Shown here: one piece after another, positions 48,755 through 59,570 of the stretch | Position numbering within the stretch: the stretch's first letter is position 1 | How the letters are laid out: every line of letters begins with the position of its first letter | Assembly (NCBI GenBank): GCA_009841335.1 | Contig: VXLY01000105.1 | Location: forward strand, 4,136 to 68,135 | Length of the DNA stretch: 64,000 nt | Source of the DNA: Rhodothermaceae bacterium | GTDB lineage: Bacteria; Bacteroidota; Rhodothermia; Rhodothermales; Bin80 | Reading direction: 5' to 3' | Translations under genes and position numbers: made by a program | Notes under the pieces: model-generated | The model's database searches: none | Told to the model about the DNA's origin: nothing | The model's input: only the letters and a program-made list of their open reading frames with translations

Positions 48755-49723
48755 TTATCTCAGCCACGCTTTTTTGATGTCGGGATCTCCTGCGCGCGTT
48801 AGACGCTCCACCTGATCGTCTGATAGCACCACCTCCAGCGCTGCAAGGTTTTCCAGCACCTGCTCCTGTTTACTGCCCCCTATAATCGGGAGCACCGGTG
48901 GATCGCTCTGTCGCATCCAGGCAATAATGACCTGGTTCACAGTCGACTTTGTTTCCGAAGCCACCGACTGCAGCGCTTGCATGCGTTCGTCGGCCTCCGG
49001 GCCCGCAAACTGCGCGGGCACTGGACGATCATCGCGGGAGTAGGCTCCCTGCAAAAGAATGGAATACGCAATCAACGACATGCCGTGATGGTCACAGAAT
49101 CGCTTCATGTCCTCGGAGATGCAAATCTGCGGTCCAAAATCCGCTCCGTGCCGCGGCCGAAAATAAGTATATCGCTGCTCGACCACACTGTAGGGGGTTA
49201 ATCCACGCAGAGCCGCTACCATGTTTGCTTCTGCAACCCGCCAGATCCATAGATTGCTCGCCCCCAATACGCGGACCTTGCCGGCTGCAATCAGGCGATG
49301 GAACGCCTCCATGGTCTCCTCAAGCGGCGTATCAAAATCATCTCTGTGTGCATAGTACACATCAATGTAGTCCGTCTGGAGGCGTTGAAGGCTCTTGTTG
49401 CATTCCGATTCAATCTCTGAAGCACTCAGTCCACCTTCGCAGCCCGGATAGTCAAATCCTAGTTTGGTACTGATGGCCATTCGGGCACGATTTCCTCGTG
49501 CCGCCATCCAGCGCCCAATCGTACTTTCGCTCTCGCCTCCCACACATCCCGGATACCAACTCGCATAAAAATTGCCGGTGTCAATGAACGTACCTCCGTT
49601 ATCCGCAAAGACATCCAACAGCCTGTACGACTGCGTTTCACCTACGCGGCTACCGATCAGGTCCGTTCCGTAGCAAAGGGCACTGACTTCCACCTCGGTG
49701 CCTCCAAGTTTTACTTTATCCAT
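48755..49723 (-). CDS. Aldo/keto reductase
   Basis: FIDTGNFY, ISTK, LQTDYIDVYYAH, LGASN. Confidence 0.9.
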   Translation of the reverse strand: MDKVKLGGTEVEVSALCYGTDLIGSRVGETQSYRLLDVFADNGGTFIDTGNFYASWYPGCVGGESESTIGRWMAARGNRARMAISTKLGFDYPGCEGGLSASEIESECNKSLQRLQTDYIDVYYAHRDDFDTPLEETMEAFHRLIAAGKVRVLGASNLWIWRVAEANMVAALRGLTPYSVVEQRYTYFRPRHGADFGPQICISEDMKRFCDHHGMSLIAYSILLQGAYSRDDRPVPAQFAGPEADERMQALQSVASETKSTVNQVIIAWMRQSDPPVLPIIGGSKQEQVLENLAALEVVLSDDQVERLTRAGDPDIKKAWLR

Positions 49724-50166
49724 CAGTCAGTAAAGGTTACCATGGCTGCCCCACCCAGCATGAGTACCACGCCAAATGCCTTCATCATGGTGATTGGTTG
49801 CACTGGTGAGCCCAACCAGCCATAATGCGATAATATCATGGCCGTAATCACCTGCCCCGCCAGGAGCGACATAAACAATCCGCCCGCGCCAACCCTTGGA
49901 ATAAGTGCGGCAATAGCAAATACCAAAAGCGCGCCCATCATGCCGGCAGTGAATAACCACGGGTTAACGTCTTGCAGTCGACCAAAAAACTCCGGTTCCC
50001 AAGCTGTAAAGCCCACGAGAATGGCCGTAACTGCACCGATACACCAGAACAGGGCATTGGCCATTTGCGGATTCTGAACGGCTGCACCGGCCCGGCCGTT
50101 CATCGCCAGATGAACCGCCAGTATGACTCCCAATCCAAGGGTGAGTAAGAAGAATGCTGCTTTCAT
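49723..50166 (-). CDS. DMT family transporter (YdcZ/DUF606-like)
   Basis: Five hydrophobic segments; PWLFTAGMMGA, AGQVITAMILSHYGWLG. Confidence 0.85.
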   Translation of the reverse strand: MKAAFFLLTLGLGVILAVHLAMNGRAGAAVQNPQMANALFWCIGAVTAILVGFTAWEPEFFGRLQDVNPWLFTAGMMGALLVFAIAALIPRVGAGGLFMSLLAGQVITAMILSHYGWLGSPVQPITMMKAFGVVLMLGGAAMVTFTD

Positions 50167-50193
50167 TTGCGTAGAGTTTGATTGTGTGAACGT

Positions 50194-51333
50194 CTATGTC
50201 TGAAGGTGAACCCACCGCTCTGTACGGTGGCTCTCCAATATGGCATCACAAAGCATGATTTCGTGGGCACCATCTGCAAAAGTCGGATAGCGTGCTGCCC
50301 GCGGATCTGTACCGGATGCGATATCCTCATAAAAGGCTCTAAAACATTGTTTGAAGGTATCTGGAAACCCCTCGTTATGGCCGCCTGGGTAATTGCTGAA
50401 GCCCGCAGCAAAGTCATTCACCAGGGCTGGGTCGCGTGGCAGCACTTCGTTGGGTTTCGATCGATGACCCATGAACAGTTCATTTGGACGCTCACTGCAC
50501 CAGGACAGCGAGCCGTTTTCTGCCGCAATCTCGTAACTGCAGTAATTCTTGCGCCCTGCCGTGACCTGCGACACCCACAGGACCATCCGCGCACCCCCAT
50601 TCATGCGCAATATTACGCAACCGCAGTCTTCAGTTTCGATGGGTACCTCCACCAATTCCTGCCCTTCTGTAGACGCATACGTAGCGACTTCACCTGTGGG
50701 CCTTTTGCGGACAGGATGAACAATGCTCAGGTCGGCGAACACTGCCTCGGCCCGTAACCCGGTGATAGAGCAGACCAAATCCATCCAGTGGGTGCCAATA
50801 TCTGATACTGCCCGCAGTGCACCTCCCTCAGAGCTCAACACGCGCCAGTTATAGTCCGTGTCGTAGAGCAACCAATCCTGTACATACCGCCCCACAGCGC
50901 TGTGTATCCGTCCCATCTCCTGGACACGCGCACGCGCTTCCAGATTCAGCGGATAGAACCGAATATTATAACATACTCCAGCATGTAGGTTTTTTTCACA
51001 GGCCAAGGCTACCAACGCGTCCGCCTCCGCGGCATTCATAGCCAATGGCTTCTCGCACATAACATGCTTGCCGGCAAGAAGCGCTTGATATGCAAAATCG
51101 TAATGCATGACATTAGGCACGGCCAGATGCACGGCTTGCACAGTAGAATCTGAGAGAATCTCCTCATAACTGGCGTAACCGCGCGGCAGCCCCAGCGCCT
51201 CACTGGCAGCCCTTGATTTTTCTGGGGAACTACCCAAAATACCCCTAACTGGCATGCCTAGGCGCTGCAATGCCTCTACATGCACTGGACCAATAAATCC
51301 TGTACCTGCGACAGCAACACCGATTGACCTCAT
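50194..51333 (-). CDS. Gfo/Idh/MocA oxidoreductase
   Basis: AGTGFIG, VPNVMH, MCEKPLA, DIGTHW. Confidence 0.9.
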   Translation of the reverse strand: MRSIGVAVAGTGFIGPVHVEALQRLGMPVRGILGSSPEKSRAASEALGLPRGYASYEEILSDSTVQAVHLAVPNVMHYDFAYQALLAGKHVMCEKPLAMNAAEADALVALACEKNLHAGVCYNIRFYPLNLEARARVQEMGRIHSAVGRYVQDWLLYDTDYNWRVLSSEGGALRAVSDIGTHWMDLVCSITGLRAEAVFADLSIVHPVRKRPTGEVATYASTEGQELVEVPIETEDCGCVILRMNGGARMVLWVSQVTAGRKNYCSYEIAAENGSLSWCSERPNELFMGHRSKPNEVLPRDPALVNDFAAGFSNYPGGHNEGFPDTFKQCFRAFYEDIASGTDPRAARYPTFADGAHEIMLCDAILESHRTERWVHLQT

Positions 51334-51515
51334 GGTATGATTAAGCTACCGCCCGAGGGAGCGAACGTACTCTCGGTTGTGCCCGCGGCAATATTTGGAA
51401 AATCTCGGCGGGTAAGCCCACTACGAAAAAAGTGATTCATGGCGCATTTCTCCGTTCGCGAAAAAGAATCTACATAATATCACGTCAACAAACCGGTGAT
51501 GCTACACTGAATCAC

Positions 51516-52583
51516 TCATGAGGCGAACTTCACGCAGGCCGGGCTGGGCACATTCACCACCTGATGGGGTCCGATCAGATGCCCTGACCTGCTGTCGATA
51601 CGATAGACAACGAGCGTATCTGAGTCCTGATTGGCCACAATTAAATGCTCTCCCGCAGAGTCAAGTGTAAAATTACGCGGCGTAGTACCATGGGTTGGGA
51701 ACCAGGCAGGCTTCGCCAGGCGTCCTGTACCGCTATCTACTTGAAAACAGACGATGCTGGCCAATCCGCGCAGTGACGCATAAAGGAAGCGTCCATTAGG
51801 ATGAACATGAATATCCGCACCGGAACGAATTCCAGTATAATCTTCGGGAAGTGCATCCAGCGTATACAACAGTGTTGCACGCCCATCTTTCCACTCGAGA
51901 AATGAAATAGTTGAATCCAGCTCATTCATCAGGTACGCACCTGTACCTGCGGGATTAAACACCAGATGCCTTGGCCCTGCCCCTGCGTGGATGTTTACTG
52001 CTTCCCCGCCACTTTGCAGGTCAGCTTTCGATCCATCCATTCGGTAAACGTACACTCGATCTGTACCCAAATCCGGAACCAGGCAATATTCTCCAGTAGG
52101 ATCTGGTACAATCGCATGCGGATGCGGAGCCTCCTGGCGCGCTGTGTTCGGACCAGTGCCCGTATGCTGCACATATCCTGTAACCTGTTCCAGGCTACCA
52201 TTATCGGTCAGACCTACGACAACGACAGATCCACCGACATAGTTGGCAATCAGGAGGTGGTCATGAAGAACACTGATGTAGCATGGAGCACCGCCCCGCG
52301 TGCCTGCATGACCGAGCGATTCAAGTGCGACGGACTCTGGATCCCATGCCCAGGCCTGCACAGCTCCCTGAGCCAACCCGTCAAATTCCAGGGTTTCACT
52401 CACAGCATAAAGCCTATGACGGGCGGCATCCACAGCCAAATAGGATGGGTTCGGCAGCCCCCGAACCGCACCCTCAGGGCGCAATCGCCCTGCATTAAAT
52501 GAATAGATATAGATACCCACACCGCGCCCATTAACATGGTCCAGCGGTTCTGTATACGTGCCTACAAGTACGGTTGCCATCAC
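51516..52583 (-). CDS. Lactonase, 7-bladed beta-propeller (6-phosphogluconolactonase family)
   Basis: VGTYT, NPSYLA, ANYVGG, RQEAPHPH, GAGPRH, PRNF. Confidence 0.9.
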   Translation of the reverse strand: MMATVLVGTYTEPLDHVNGRGVGIYIYSFNAGRLRPEGAVRGLPNPSYLAVDAARHRLYAVSETLEFDGLAQGAVQAWAWDPESVALESLGHAGTRGGAPCYISVLHDHLLIANYVGGSVVVVGLTDNGSLEQVTGYVQHTGTGPNTARQEAPHPHAIVPDPTGEYCLVPDLGTDRVYVYRMDGSKADLQSGGEAVNIHAGAGPRHLVFNPAGTGAYLMNELDSTISFLEWKDGRATLLYTLDALPEDYTGIRSGADIHVHPNGRFLYASLRGLASIVCFQVDSGTGRLAKPAWFPTHGTTPRNFTLDSAGEHLIVANQDSDTLVVYRIDSRSGHLIGPHQVVNVPSPACVKFAS

Positions 52584-53476
52584 TTCGCTTCGCCTACCTC
52601 CACTCCTGACAAATGCTCAAGCGCCATAATTAATGCATGGTTGCCTTCGCTTCCAAGCCCTCGATCCTGCAGCGTGCGGTACCACTGAAACACTTGACTG
52701 GTCACCGGTAACGGTACACCCATAGCATCTGCTGCTTCCAGTACCAAGCGTAGATCTTTTTGCTGCAGATCAATTGTAAAGCCGGGCCTGAAATCTCTCA
52801 CGATAGCCTGTGAACCCCGATTACTGAGCATCCAACTGCCCGCCGCCCCGTGCTCCACCGCTTCCAGTGTCTTCGCCAGATCCAGGCCTCCTTTGTGTGC
52901 AAACAGAAGTGCCTCACTGACCGCCTGCATCGTACCTACCACCAGAATCTGATTGACGAGTTTCGCCATCTGGCCCGCCCCTGTACAGCCTACATGCGTA
53001 ATGCGATTTCCCATTGCGCTGAGAACATCCATTGCACGGTCAACGTCAGCCGCATCACCTCCAACCATAATGCTTAGCGTTCCATTGGCCGCACCTTCAC
53101 TCCCCCCACTGATGGGGGCATCCAACATCCGCAGCCCTGCCGCACGAAGCCGTGCCTCCATACTGATTGTGGCCTGTGGACTAATGGTACTGGTATCGAT
53201 CACGAGTGCGCCAGGTCTGGCCCCCTTTATGACCCCGCTTTTCCCAAACAATACTTCTTCGACATCCTGGGTTTCACTGACACAGATAACAATGATGTCC
53301 GACTCGGCAGCTACGCCCGCTGCATCCGATGCTCCGCGTGCACCGGCAGATACCAAAGGTGCCATGCGACTCGCCGTCCGGTTCCAGACGTGCACATCAA
53401 ACCCGGCCTTGAGCAGATTGCGGGCCATGCCGCTACCCATGATACCCAAGCCTATGAATCCGATGGTTTCTTTCAT
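52580..53476 (-). CDS. NAD(P)-dependent beta-hydroxyacid dehydrogenase (tartronate semialdehyde reductase-like)
   Basis: GFIGLGIMG, DAPISGG, AKLVNQ, FTIDLQQKDL. Confidence 0.9.
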   Translation of the reverse strand: MKETIGFIGLGIMGSGMARNLLKAGFDVHVWNRTASRMAPLVSAGARGASDAAGVAAESDIIVICVSETQDVEEVLFGKSGVIKGARPGALVIDTSTISPQATISMEARLRAAGLRMLDAPISGGSEGAANGTLSIMVGGDAADVDRAMDVLSAMGNRITHVGCTGAGQMAKLVNQILVVGTMQAVSEALLFAHKGGLDLAKTLEAVEHGAAGSWMLSNRGSQAIVRDFRPGFTIDLQQKDLRLVLEAADAMGVPLPVTSQVFQWYRTLQDRGLGSEGNHALIMALEHLSGVEVGEAK

Positions 53477-53686
53477 CTGAGGATCAAAATGGCATTAATG
53501 TAACCCGCCACGTGCTTTGATGCGGGTAACCGTGCTTGTATGAGTACATTCGTCACGCACGCCCCGTAATGTACGGCTATGGGAGCAATCAGGAATCAGA
53601 CCAACTCCCTCAGCCCAGAGCAAATAGGGGATTTACCTGTAACTCCAACACCTCGCTCATGCCGTACGGACGAATCCTTTCTGAAT

Positions 53687-54964
53687 TCATCCTTCCGCAG
53701 CAAGTCCATCCCCTGCTGAACCGAGTTTGTAGAGATGCTCCCCGGCGCTGGGAACGTACAAATAGCCCTCTTCCACATGTTGTTTCCAGTAGGAGAGGTC
53801 AATCGACCTAGGATCTCGATAACCAAGGCCAACCTTTTCGCAACGTTCCCGGGGAATTTGACTGGCTAGTGTGAGCTTGATGCGAGGAACTTCCACGCCC
53901 CGCTCGTAGGTCGCATCACCCCGCACATGCGCCGAGTGTGCAAGAACTGTCCAGGGATATCGGCCATACCTGCCCCAGTTCGCCTTGAAATACTCGGTGC
54001 CGTGAAAACCGATTTCGTCCAGCAGTTTGCCGTGCGTATACGAAAGCTCAGAAATATGCGGAGCATATAGGAGGACCTCGCCACCATCTGCGATTACCGG
54101 CTCCAGTTTGTACATCCCCTTTGCTCCCGTCCACAGATCATCATACATGGATGGCACAACTGCAAAGGCCCGCCTGACCGGCGTATCCAACCAGGTAATG
54201 TGCACTTGAGCAGCGTGTCTGGCTGCTCTCAACCAGGATCCATCCCCGTCAGATCCCACATGCACTCCCACTAAACCACCTCCGTCTACCACCATGTTCA
54301 CAAAATAGCGTGCACAAGGAATCCCCTGGGCAGCCCGATCAATCAATCGCCGAATCGGGGTATCATAGGTCCCGATTATTGAACGGTTGCTCATAAGAGC
54401 TCCCGCCCAATGTGTGAAGTCAATCACCTCCTGGCCGCTGATTCCAGGAAAGAAATACTTGTTTCCTCCTGAGAATCCTGCCACCTCATGGGGGAAGACC
54501 GGGCCGCACACAAGGGCTGCGTCATAGTTAAGCACCTTACGGTTTACCGTCACGGGAAGTTTTCGCTTTATGAGTCCTTGTGTAATTGCATAGACTTCCT
54601 CGGCAGATATCGTCTCAAGTGTCACAAGCGCTGACGGATCATCCCAAGCGTGATTGAAAAGTCCCACCCGCGAATATTTCCCTGCTCGTTCAATACGCGA
54701 AATCCCCACATGAGCCAAAAGCGCTGATTCACTCATCGGTGCGTGCGTACCCAGGGCAACCAGGAAATCCAATACAGCTACCCGCTCTAATAAGAGATCA
54801 CATATCAGGCGAAAGACCAGCGGAATTGGTGCAGTGCGCGTAGCGTCTGGAATAATTACCAATACTCGATCCCCGTGTGCAAACCTGCTTCGCAGTGTTC
54901 GTTCAAGAATCCGGGCTACATCCGCCTCTGTGAGCAGGCGCGCTGGTGCTGCGGGTTCCATCAA
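53687..54964 (-). CDS. LarA-superfamily (lactate racemase domain) protein
   Basis: VIIPDATRT, VALGTHAPM, PHEVAGFSGGNKYFFPG. Confidence 0.85.
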   Translation of the reverse strand: MMEPAAPARLLTEADVARILERTLRSRFAHGDRVLVIIPDATRTAPIPLVFRLICDLLLERVAVLDFLVALGTHAPMSESALLAHVGISRIERAGKYSRVGLFNHAWDDPSALVTLETISAEEVYAITQGLIKRKLPVTVNRKVLNYDAALVCGPVFPHEVAGFSGGNKYFFPGISGQEVIDFTHWAGALMSNRSIIGTYDTPIRRLIDRAAQGIPCARYFVNMVVDGGGLVGVHVGSDGDGSWLRAARHAAQVHITWLDTPVRRAFAVVPSMYDDLWTGAKGMYKLEPVIADGGEVLLYAPHISELSYTHGKLLDEIGFHGTEYFKANWGRYGRYPWTVLAHSAHVRGDATYERGVEVPRIKLTLASQIPRERCEKVGLGYRDPRSIDLSYWKQHVEEGYLYVPSAGEHLYKLGSAGDGLAAEG

Positions 54965-55054
54965 TGGTTTAGTCAGTTGTTCAACATTCAGGATAATCCC
55001 TTCCCAAAGTAATAGATTCTATACAAGTACTGGAAAAAACTCTCAGACCCGAAT

Positions 55055-56602
55055 ATGAAACGCAACAACGTCTGTCTCGGAGGAATATTTCTGCTGCTTC
55101 TGGCGGTAAACACCGTGGGCTGCGGAATATCTCCCGAACGCCCCAATATCCTGATTATTCTGGCGGATGATCTGGGATATTCGGATATCGGAGCCTATGG
55201 AGGCGAAATCCATACTCCCAATCTTGATTCACTAGCGATAAACGGGGTTCGCTTCCGCCAGTTCTATAACGCGGGACGCTGCTGCCCCACAAGAGCTTCG
55301 CTCTTGACTGGTCGCTACCCGCACGGAGCCGGTATGGGGGCTATGGTATCGAGTTTGAACAGTGAAATCACGACTGGGCCCTACCAAGGCTACCTGAGTG
55401 AATCCGCGATTACCCTCGCAGAAATGCTTCTGGACGCAGGGTACAATACGTACATGTCCGGAAAATGGCATGTTGGCGAACGTCCTCAGCACTGGCCACG
55501 TGTTCGCGGCTTCGAACGTTATTTCGGTCTCATCAGCGGTGCAAGCAGCTACTACGAGATTATCGAAAACCAGCCGCGTTTACGGCAAATGGCCCTTGAC
55601 GACGATCCCTGGAGTCCACCTGACTCAGGCTTCTATATGACCGACGCTTTCACGGACTACGCAGTTGAATTCCTGCAGTCTCATAATTCCAACAAACCCT
55701 TTCTGCTCTACCTGGCCTACACTGCCCCGCACTGGCCTCTGCACGCACTGCCTGAGGACATTGCCCGGTATGAAAACCAATATGGTGACGGCTGGGATGT
55801 GCTGCGTCAGGAACGCTATGCACGAATGCGGACGCTGGGTGTTGTCGATGAAAATTATGCGCTCTCTCCCCGGCCCGCTGGTCTACCCGCATGGCAAGAT
55901 CAACCCAACAAGGAAGACTGGTCTCTGCGCATGTCAGTCTATGCCGCCATGGTTGACCGGATGGATCAAGGCATCGGACGCGTCCTTGATCAGTTACGAG
56001 CTATGGGAGAGCTTGACAATACTCTGGTACTTTTTCTGTCAGACAACGGAGGATGTGCCGAGAGTGTGGATGGACGACGATTGCATGACCCGAACACAAC
56101 TGTTGGCGAGCGCGGTTCATATCTGGCCTATGAGGAAGCCTGGGCCAATGCCTCAAATACGCCCTTCAGACTATACAAGCAATGGACACATGAAGGTGGA
56201 ATTGCAACCCCCCTTATCGCGCACTGGCCTCTTGGTATTGACGGACCAGGCCGCATAGTAGATGAACCAGGCCATGTAATTGATCTGCTTGCAACTATCG
56301 CTGATATCAGCCATGCTGCACTGCCCCAAACCGATGGAACCAGTCTGCTGCCACTCCTGAATACACAGCAGTATGAGTGGCCTGACCGCACACTCTATTG
56401 GGAGCACATTGGTAATCGAGCAATCCGCCAAGGTAACTGGAAGCTGGTGTGGGACCGCAGCCGTGCAGAATGGGAGCTCTACAATTTGGCGACAGACGCG
56501 ACAGAGATTTACGATCTTGCGTTGGAGGCCCCTCAAATTGCCTCACACCTGCAACGTAGCTGGGAAGTCTGGGCAGACTCTATCGGAGTTCGCATGAATT
56601 GA
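55055..56602 (+). CDS. Arylsulfatase-family sulfatase
   Basis: ILADDLGYSD, CCPTRASLLTG, GKWHVG. Confidence 0.95.
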   Translation: MKRNNVCLGGIFLLLLAVNTVGCGISPERPNILIILADDLGYSDIGAYGGEIHTPNLDSLAINGVRFRQFYNAGRCCPTRASLLTGRYPHGAGMGAMVSSLNSEITTGPYQGYLSESAITLAEMLLDAGYNTYMSGKWHVGERPQHWPRVRGFERYFGLISGASSYYEIIENQPRLRQMALDDDPWSPPDSGFYMTDAFTDYAVEFLQSHNSNKPFLLYLAYTAPHWPLHALPEDIARYENQYGDGWDVLRQERYARMRTLGVVDENYALSPRPAGLPAWQDQPNKEDWSLRMSVYAAMVDRMDQGIGRVLDQLRAMGELDNTLVLFLSDNGGCAESVDGRRLHDPNTTVGERGSYLAYEEAWANASNTPFRLYKQWTHEGGIATPLIAHWPLGIDGPGRIVDEPGHVIDLLATIADISHAALPQTDGTSLLPLLNTQQYEWPDRTLYWEHIGNRAIRQGNWKLVWDRSRAEWELYNLATDATEIYDLALEAPQIASHLQRSWEVWADSIGVRMN

Positions 56603-56880
56603 TCCAATCTGGCTATCCGAACGTGGCATCAAGTACACAGACCAACCTTCCCGGACATATCCCTACCAGAATGAGTTCAATCCTCGTTCAACATGTTGAA
56701 GGGATTTGTCGTGAAGCTGTGCCGATCCCGGATGCCGTGTGCAGCCCTGTTAGGTCTGCCCTATTCTTCACACGAAGCTATGTCATGTAACACCTCTTGC
56801 ACCCCGAATCTGATGTGACCCCACAAAGTGGGTAACATTGTCTACTATTTCTCCTAGACCTACTTCTTCCATATAAAATC

Positions 56881-57606
56881 ATGCAACGTACAATCTTGAT
56901 AACGGGAGCCAGTACGGGCATAGGCGCCGTTATAGCCCAACGACTGGCAAAAGGCAACACACTTATTCTCCACCATAACCAGTCTCCCATAGAGTCCGTA
57001 GCAAAAGAAGTACGGGATCTGGGAGGAATCGTGCATACCTCCCAGGCTGATCTCATGCAGGAAGCTGGCTGTCGCGCACTCATGCGAGATGTAACCCGTG
57101 TTACGGATCACCTCGATGTACTGGTCAACAATGCAGGCAGCCTTTTAGAGCGTCACACGGTTGAGAACCTGACTTGGTCGCTCATGGAGCGTATTTTCTC
57201 ACTGAACACTTATTCAGCAATCCTGCTTACGCAGTTGTGTGTTCCGCTATTGCGGAGAGGCAACTTGCCCAGCATCGTGAACATGACCTCCATCGCTATG
57301 CGGCACGGTGCGCCCACAGCAACAGCATATGGAGCGGCAAAAGGGGCCTTGGACTCTTTTACGCGTGGGGCAGCTCGTGAGCTTGCGCCCGAAATCCGCG
57401 TCAATGCCATTGCTCCCGGTGTTATTCTTACACCGTTTCATGATCGATACTCTACTGAGGAAAAACTGGCTGCTATTGCCAGCGATACACCTGTGGGCTT
57501 CAATGGCGAAAGCGATCATATCGCTCAGGCCGTAGAGCTCCTGATTGAGAATACCTTCATCACCGGCGAAACTATAGATATCAATGGCGGATTATTCATG
57601 CGCTAA
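56881..57606 (+). CDS. SDR family oxidoreductase
   Basis: TGASTGIG, NNAG, YGAAKG, VNAIAPG. Confidence 0.9.
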   Translation: MQRTILITGASTGIGAVIAQRLAKGNTLILHHNQSPIESVAKEVRDLGGIVHTSQADLMQEAGCRALMRDVTRVTDHLDVLVNNAGSLLERHTVENLTWSLMERIFSLNTYSAILLTQLCVPLLRRGNLPSIVNMTSIAMRHGAPTATAYGAAKGALDSFTRGAARELAPEIRVNAIAPGVILTPFHDRYSTEEKLAAIASDTPVGFNGESDHIAQAVELLIENTFITGETIDINGGLFMR

Positions 57607-59002
57607 TCACCCTGGTAGCACATTATTGCTGGCCGTGTTCATCCTGGGTTTTTCTGGATGTTCCACATCTGATCCAGAATCAGATTCGCTCCCAAATATC
57701 ATTTACATCATGGCTGATGATTTGGGATTCGGAGATCTGGGGAGCTACGGCCAGGAAACTATCCAGACCCCGCGGCTGGACCAAATGGCTGCCGAGGGAA
57801 TCCGGTTTACCAGTCACTACGCAGGCAGTACGGTCTGTGCGCCATCGCGCTGTGTGCTCATGACCGGCCTCCACAGTGGCCACTGCCGGATCCGCGGCAA
57901 TGGCCGGGTCCCCCTTGAGGACGAGGACTTTACGGTGGCTGAAATGCTTCAGGATGCTGGATACGCAACGGGCCTCGTTGGTAAGTGGGGTCTGGGAGAG
58001 GCTGGATCTCCAGGCATACCAAACCGCCAGGGCTTCGATTATTTCTACGGGTACTTGAACCAAGTTCATGCACACAATTTCTACCCCGAATTTCTCTGGC
58101 GTGACACCCTACAGGTTGCTCTACGAAACGAAGTGATCTCCGTTAGAGGCCTCGGTGGATACGCAACAAAAAGGGTAGACTACTCACACGACCTGTTCAC
58201 GGAAGAAGCACTTGCATTTGTTGACCGACACGTGGATGGACCATTTTTTCTTTACCTGGCCTACACAATCCCCCACGCAAACAATGAGAGCCGCCACGGC
58301 GGGTTGCACGGCATGGAGGTTCCCGACTATGGCATCTACGCCGACATGGAATGGGCGGACGCTCACAAAGGTACAGCTGCCATGATAAGTCGCCTCGACA
58401 GGGATGTCGGGCGATTACTGGATCATCTCACGGCACTGGGAATTGGCGACAACACACTGGTTCTTTTCACGAGCGACAATGGTCCTCACCGTGAAGGCGG
58501 ACGTGATCCAGAATTATTCAAAAGCAGTGGGCCGCTGCGTGGTATCAAGCGAGCTCTTTATGAGGGCGGAATACGCGTTCCTCTCATTGCCCGATGGCCT
58601 GATCGAATTGCAGCCGGCACCGTGACCGATCATCCATCGGCATTCTGGGACTTCCTTCCAACGGCAGCAGAAATAGCCGACATTGAAGCACCGGAAACGG
58701 ATGGGATTTCTTTCCTCGCTACGCTAGAAGGAGAAGAGCAGGAGACCCACAGTCACCTGTACTGGGAATTTCACGAAGGTGGCGGACCCAAACAGGCCGT
58801 TCGCAGCGGCGACTACAAGGCGGTTTATTTTCACGCAAACGGTACCACAGAGTTGTACGACCTGGAACAGGACCTCGGCGAAACTACCGACCTATCGACC
58901 CAGATGCCCGAATTGGCGGACAGTCTGGTAGAGTTGATGCGACACGCACGTACGCCGAACGAGCGCTGGTCAATCACATGGACGACTACCGAACTACCGT
59001 GA
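57584..59002 (+). CDS. Arylsulfatase-family sulfatase (lipoprotein); start uncertain
   Basis: IMADDLGFGD, CAPSRCVLMTG, GKWGLG, LYEGGIRVP. Confidence 0.95.
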   Translation: MADYSCANHPGSTLLLAVFILGFSGCSTSDPESDSLPNIIYIMADDLGFGDLGSYGQETIQTPRLDQMAAEGIRFTSHYAGSTVCAPSRCVLMTGLHSGHCRIRGNGRVPLEDEDFTVAEMLQDAGYATGLVGKWGLGEAGSPGIPNRQGFDYFYGYLNQVHAHNFYPEFLWRDTLQVALRNEVISVRGLGGYATKRVDYSHDLFTEEALAFVDRHVDGPFFLYLAYTIPHANNESRHGGLHGMEVPDYGIYADMEWADAHKGTAAMISRLDRDVGRLLDHLTALGIGDNTLVLFTSDNGPHREGGRDPELFKSSGPLRGIKRALYEGGIRVPLIARWPDRIAAGTVTDHPSAFWDFLPTAAEIADIEAPETDGISFLATLEGEEQETHSHLYWEFHEGGGPKQAVRSGDYKAVYFHANGTTELYDLEQDLGETTDLSTQMPELADSLVELMRHARTPNERWSITWTTTELP

Positions 59003-59570
59003 AGGGTATCGTTGCCATAGTATGTTCCCACACCATAGCGAGCGTCCCACCCTCGTCGGTCACATCAAGAAACGAGATCGTGAATTGATCAATGCTGAAC
59101 TCAACATCGCTGACCGTCATGGCAGTTCGTAACACATCCTTATCCGCCGTGTAGTTGTAGGATCCCCACAATCCATCTCCGGAAGCTCTGCCCGAATCCT
59201 TGGCTTCATGCGTGGACAGAATGAATGTCCAACTACCCTGGTTCAGTTCCGCGAAAACACTGTATTCGCCGGCAGGGACTTCTGTCCCGCCGATCATAAG
59301 GGGTACATCCGTATGCAACCTCGTGGATTTGTTCGCACCAGCCCGCCAAACGGGGGCAGGGCCGGTCACCGCGGTGCCATATTCCTCGCCTGAACCGAAT
59401 ATTCCTGTCCGCCCGCGAAGAATTGGACGTCCATAGTCAACAATGATCCAAGCCTCCCCAATCTGGGTCGAAGCTTCTCCGCGCGGAGAAGCAGGGCGTT
59501 GCGCATATACGTAATCGGCTCCAATCAGGAAGAGTGCGAAAAGAAGCGTGAGAGTTTTGATGCGATGCAT
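58986..59570 (-). CDS. DUF2911 domain protein
   Basis: Signal peptide, then QRPASPRG...VDYGRP...VWRAGANKST. Confidence 0.85.
   Translation of the reverse strand: MHRIKTLTLLFALFLIGADYVYAQRPASPRGEASTQIGEAWIIVDYGRPILRGRTGIFGSGEEYGTAVTGPAPVWRAGANKSTRLHTDVPLMIGGTEVPAGEYSVFAELNQGSWTFILSTHEAKDSGRASGDGLWGSYNYTADKDVLRTAMTVSDVEFSIDQFTISFLDVTDEGGTLAMVWEHTMATIPFTVVR

Noticed and set aside
51344-51413. Imperfect inverted repeat TACCGCCCGAG...CTCGGCGGGTA between lactonase and oxidoreductase genes
   Set aside because: Single occurrence, consistent with an ordinary intergenic mRNA stem.
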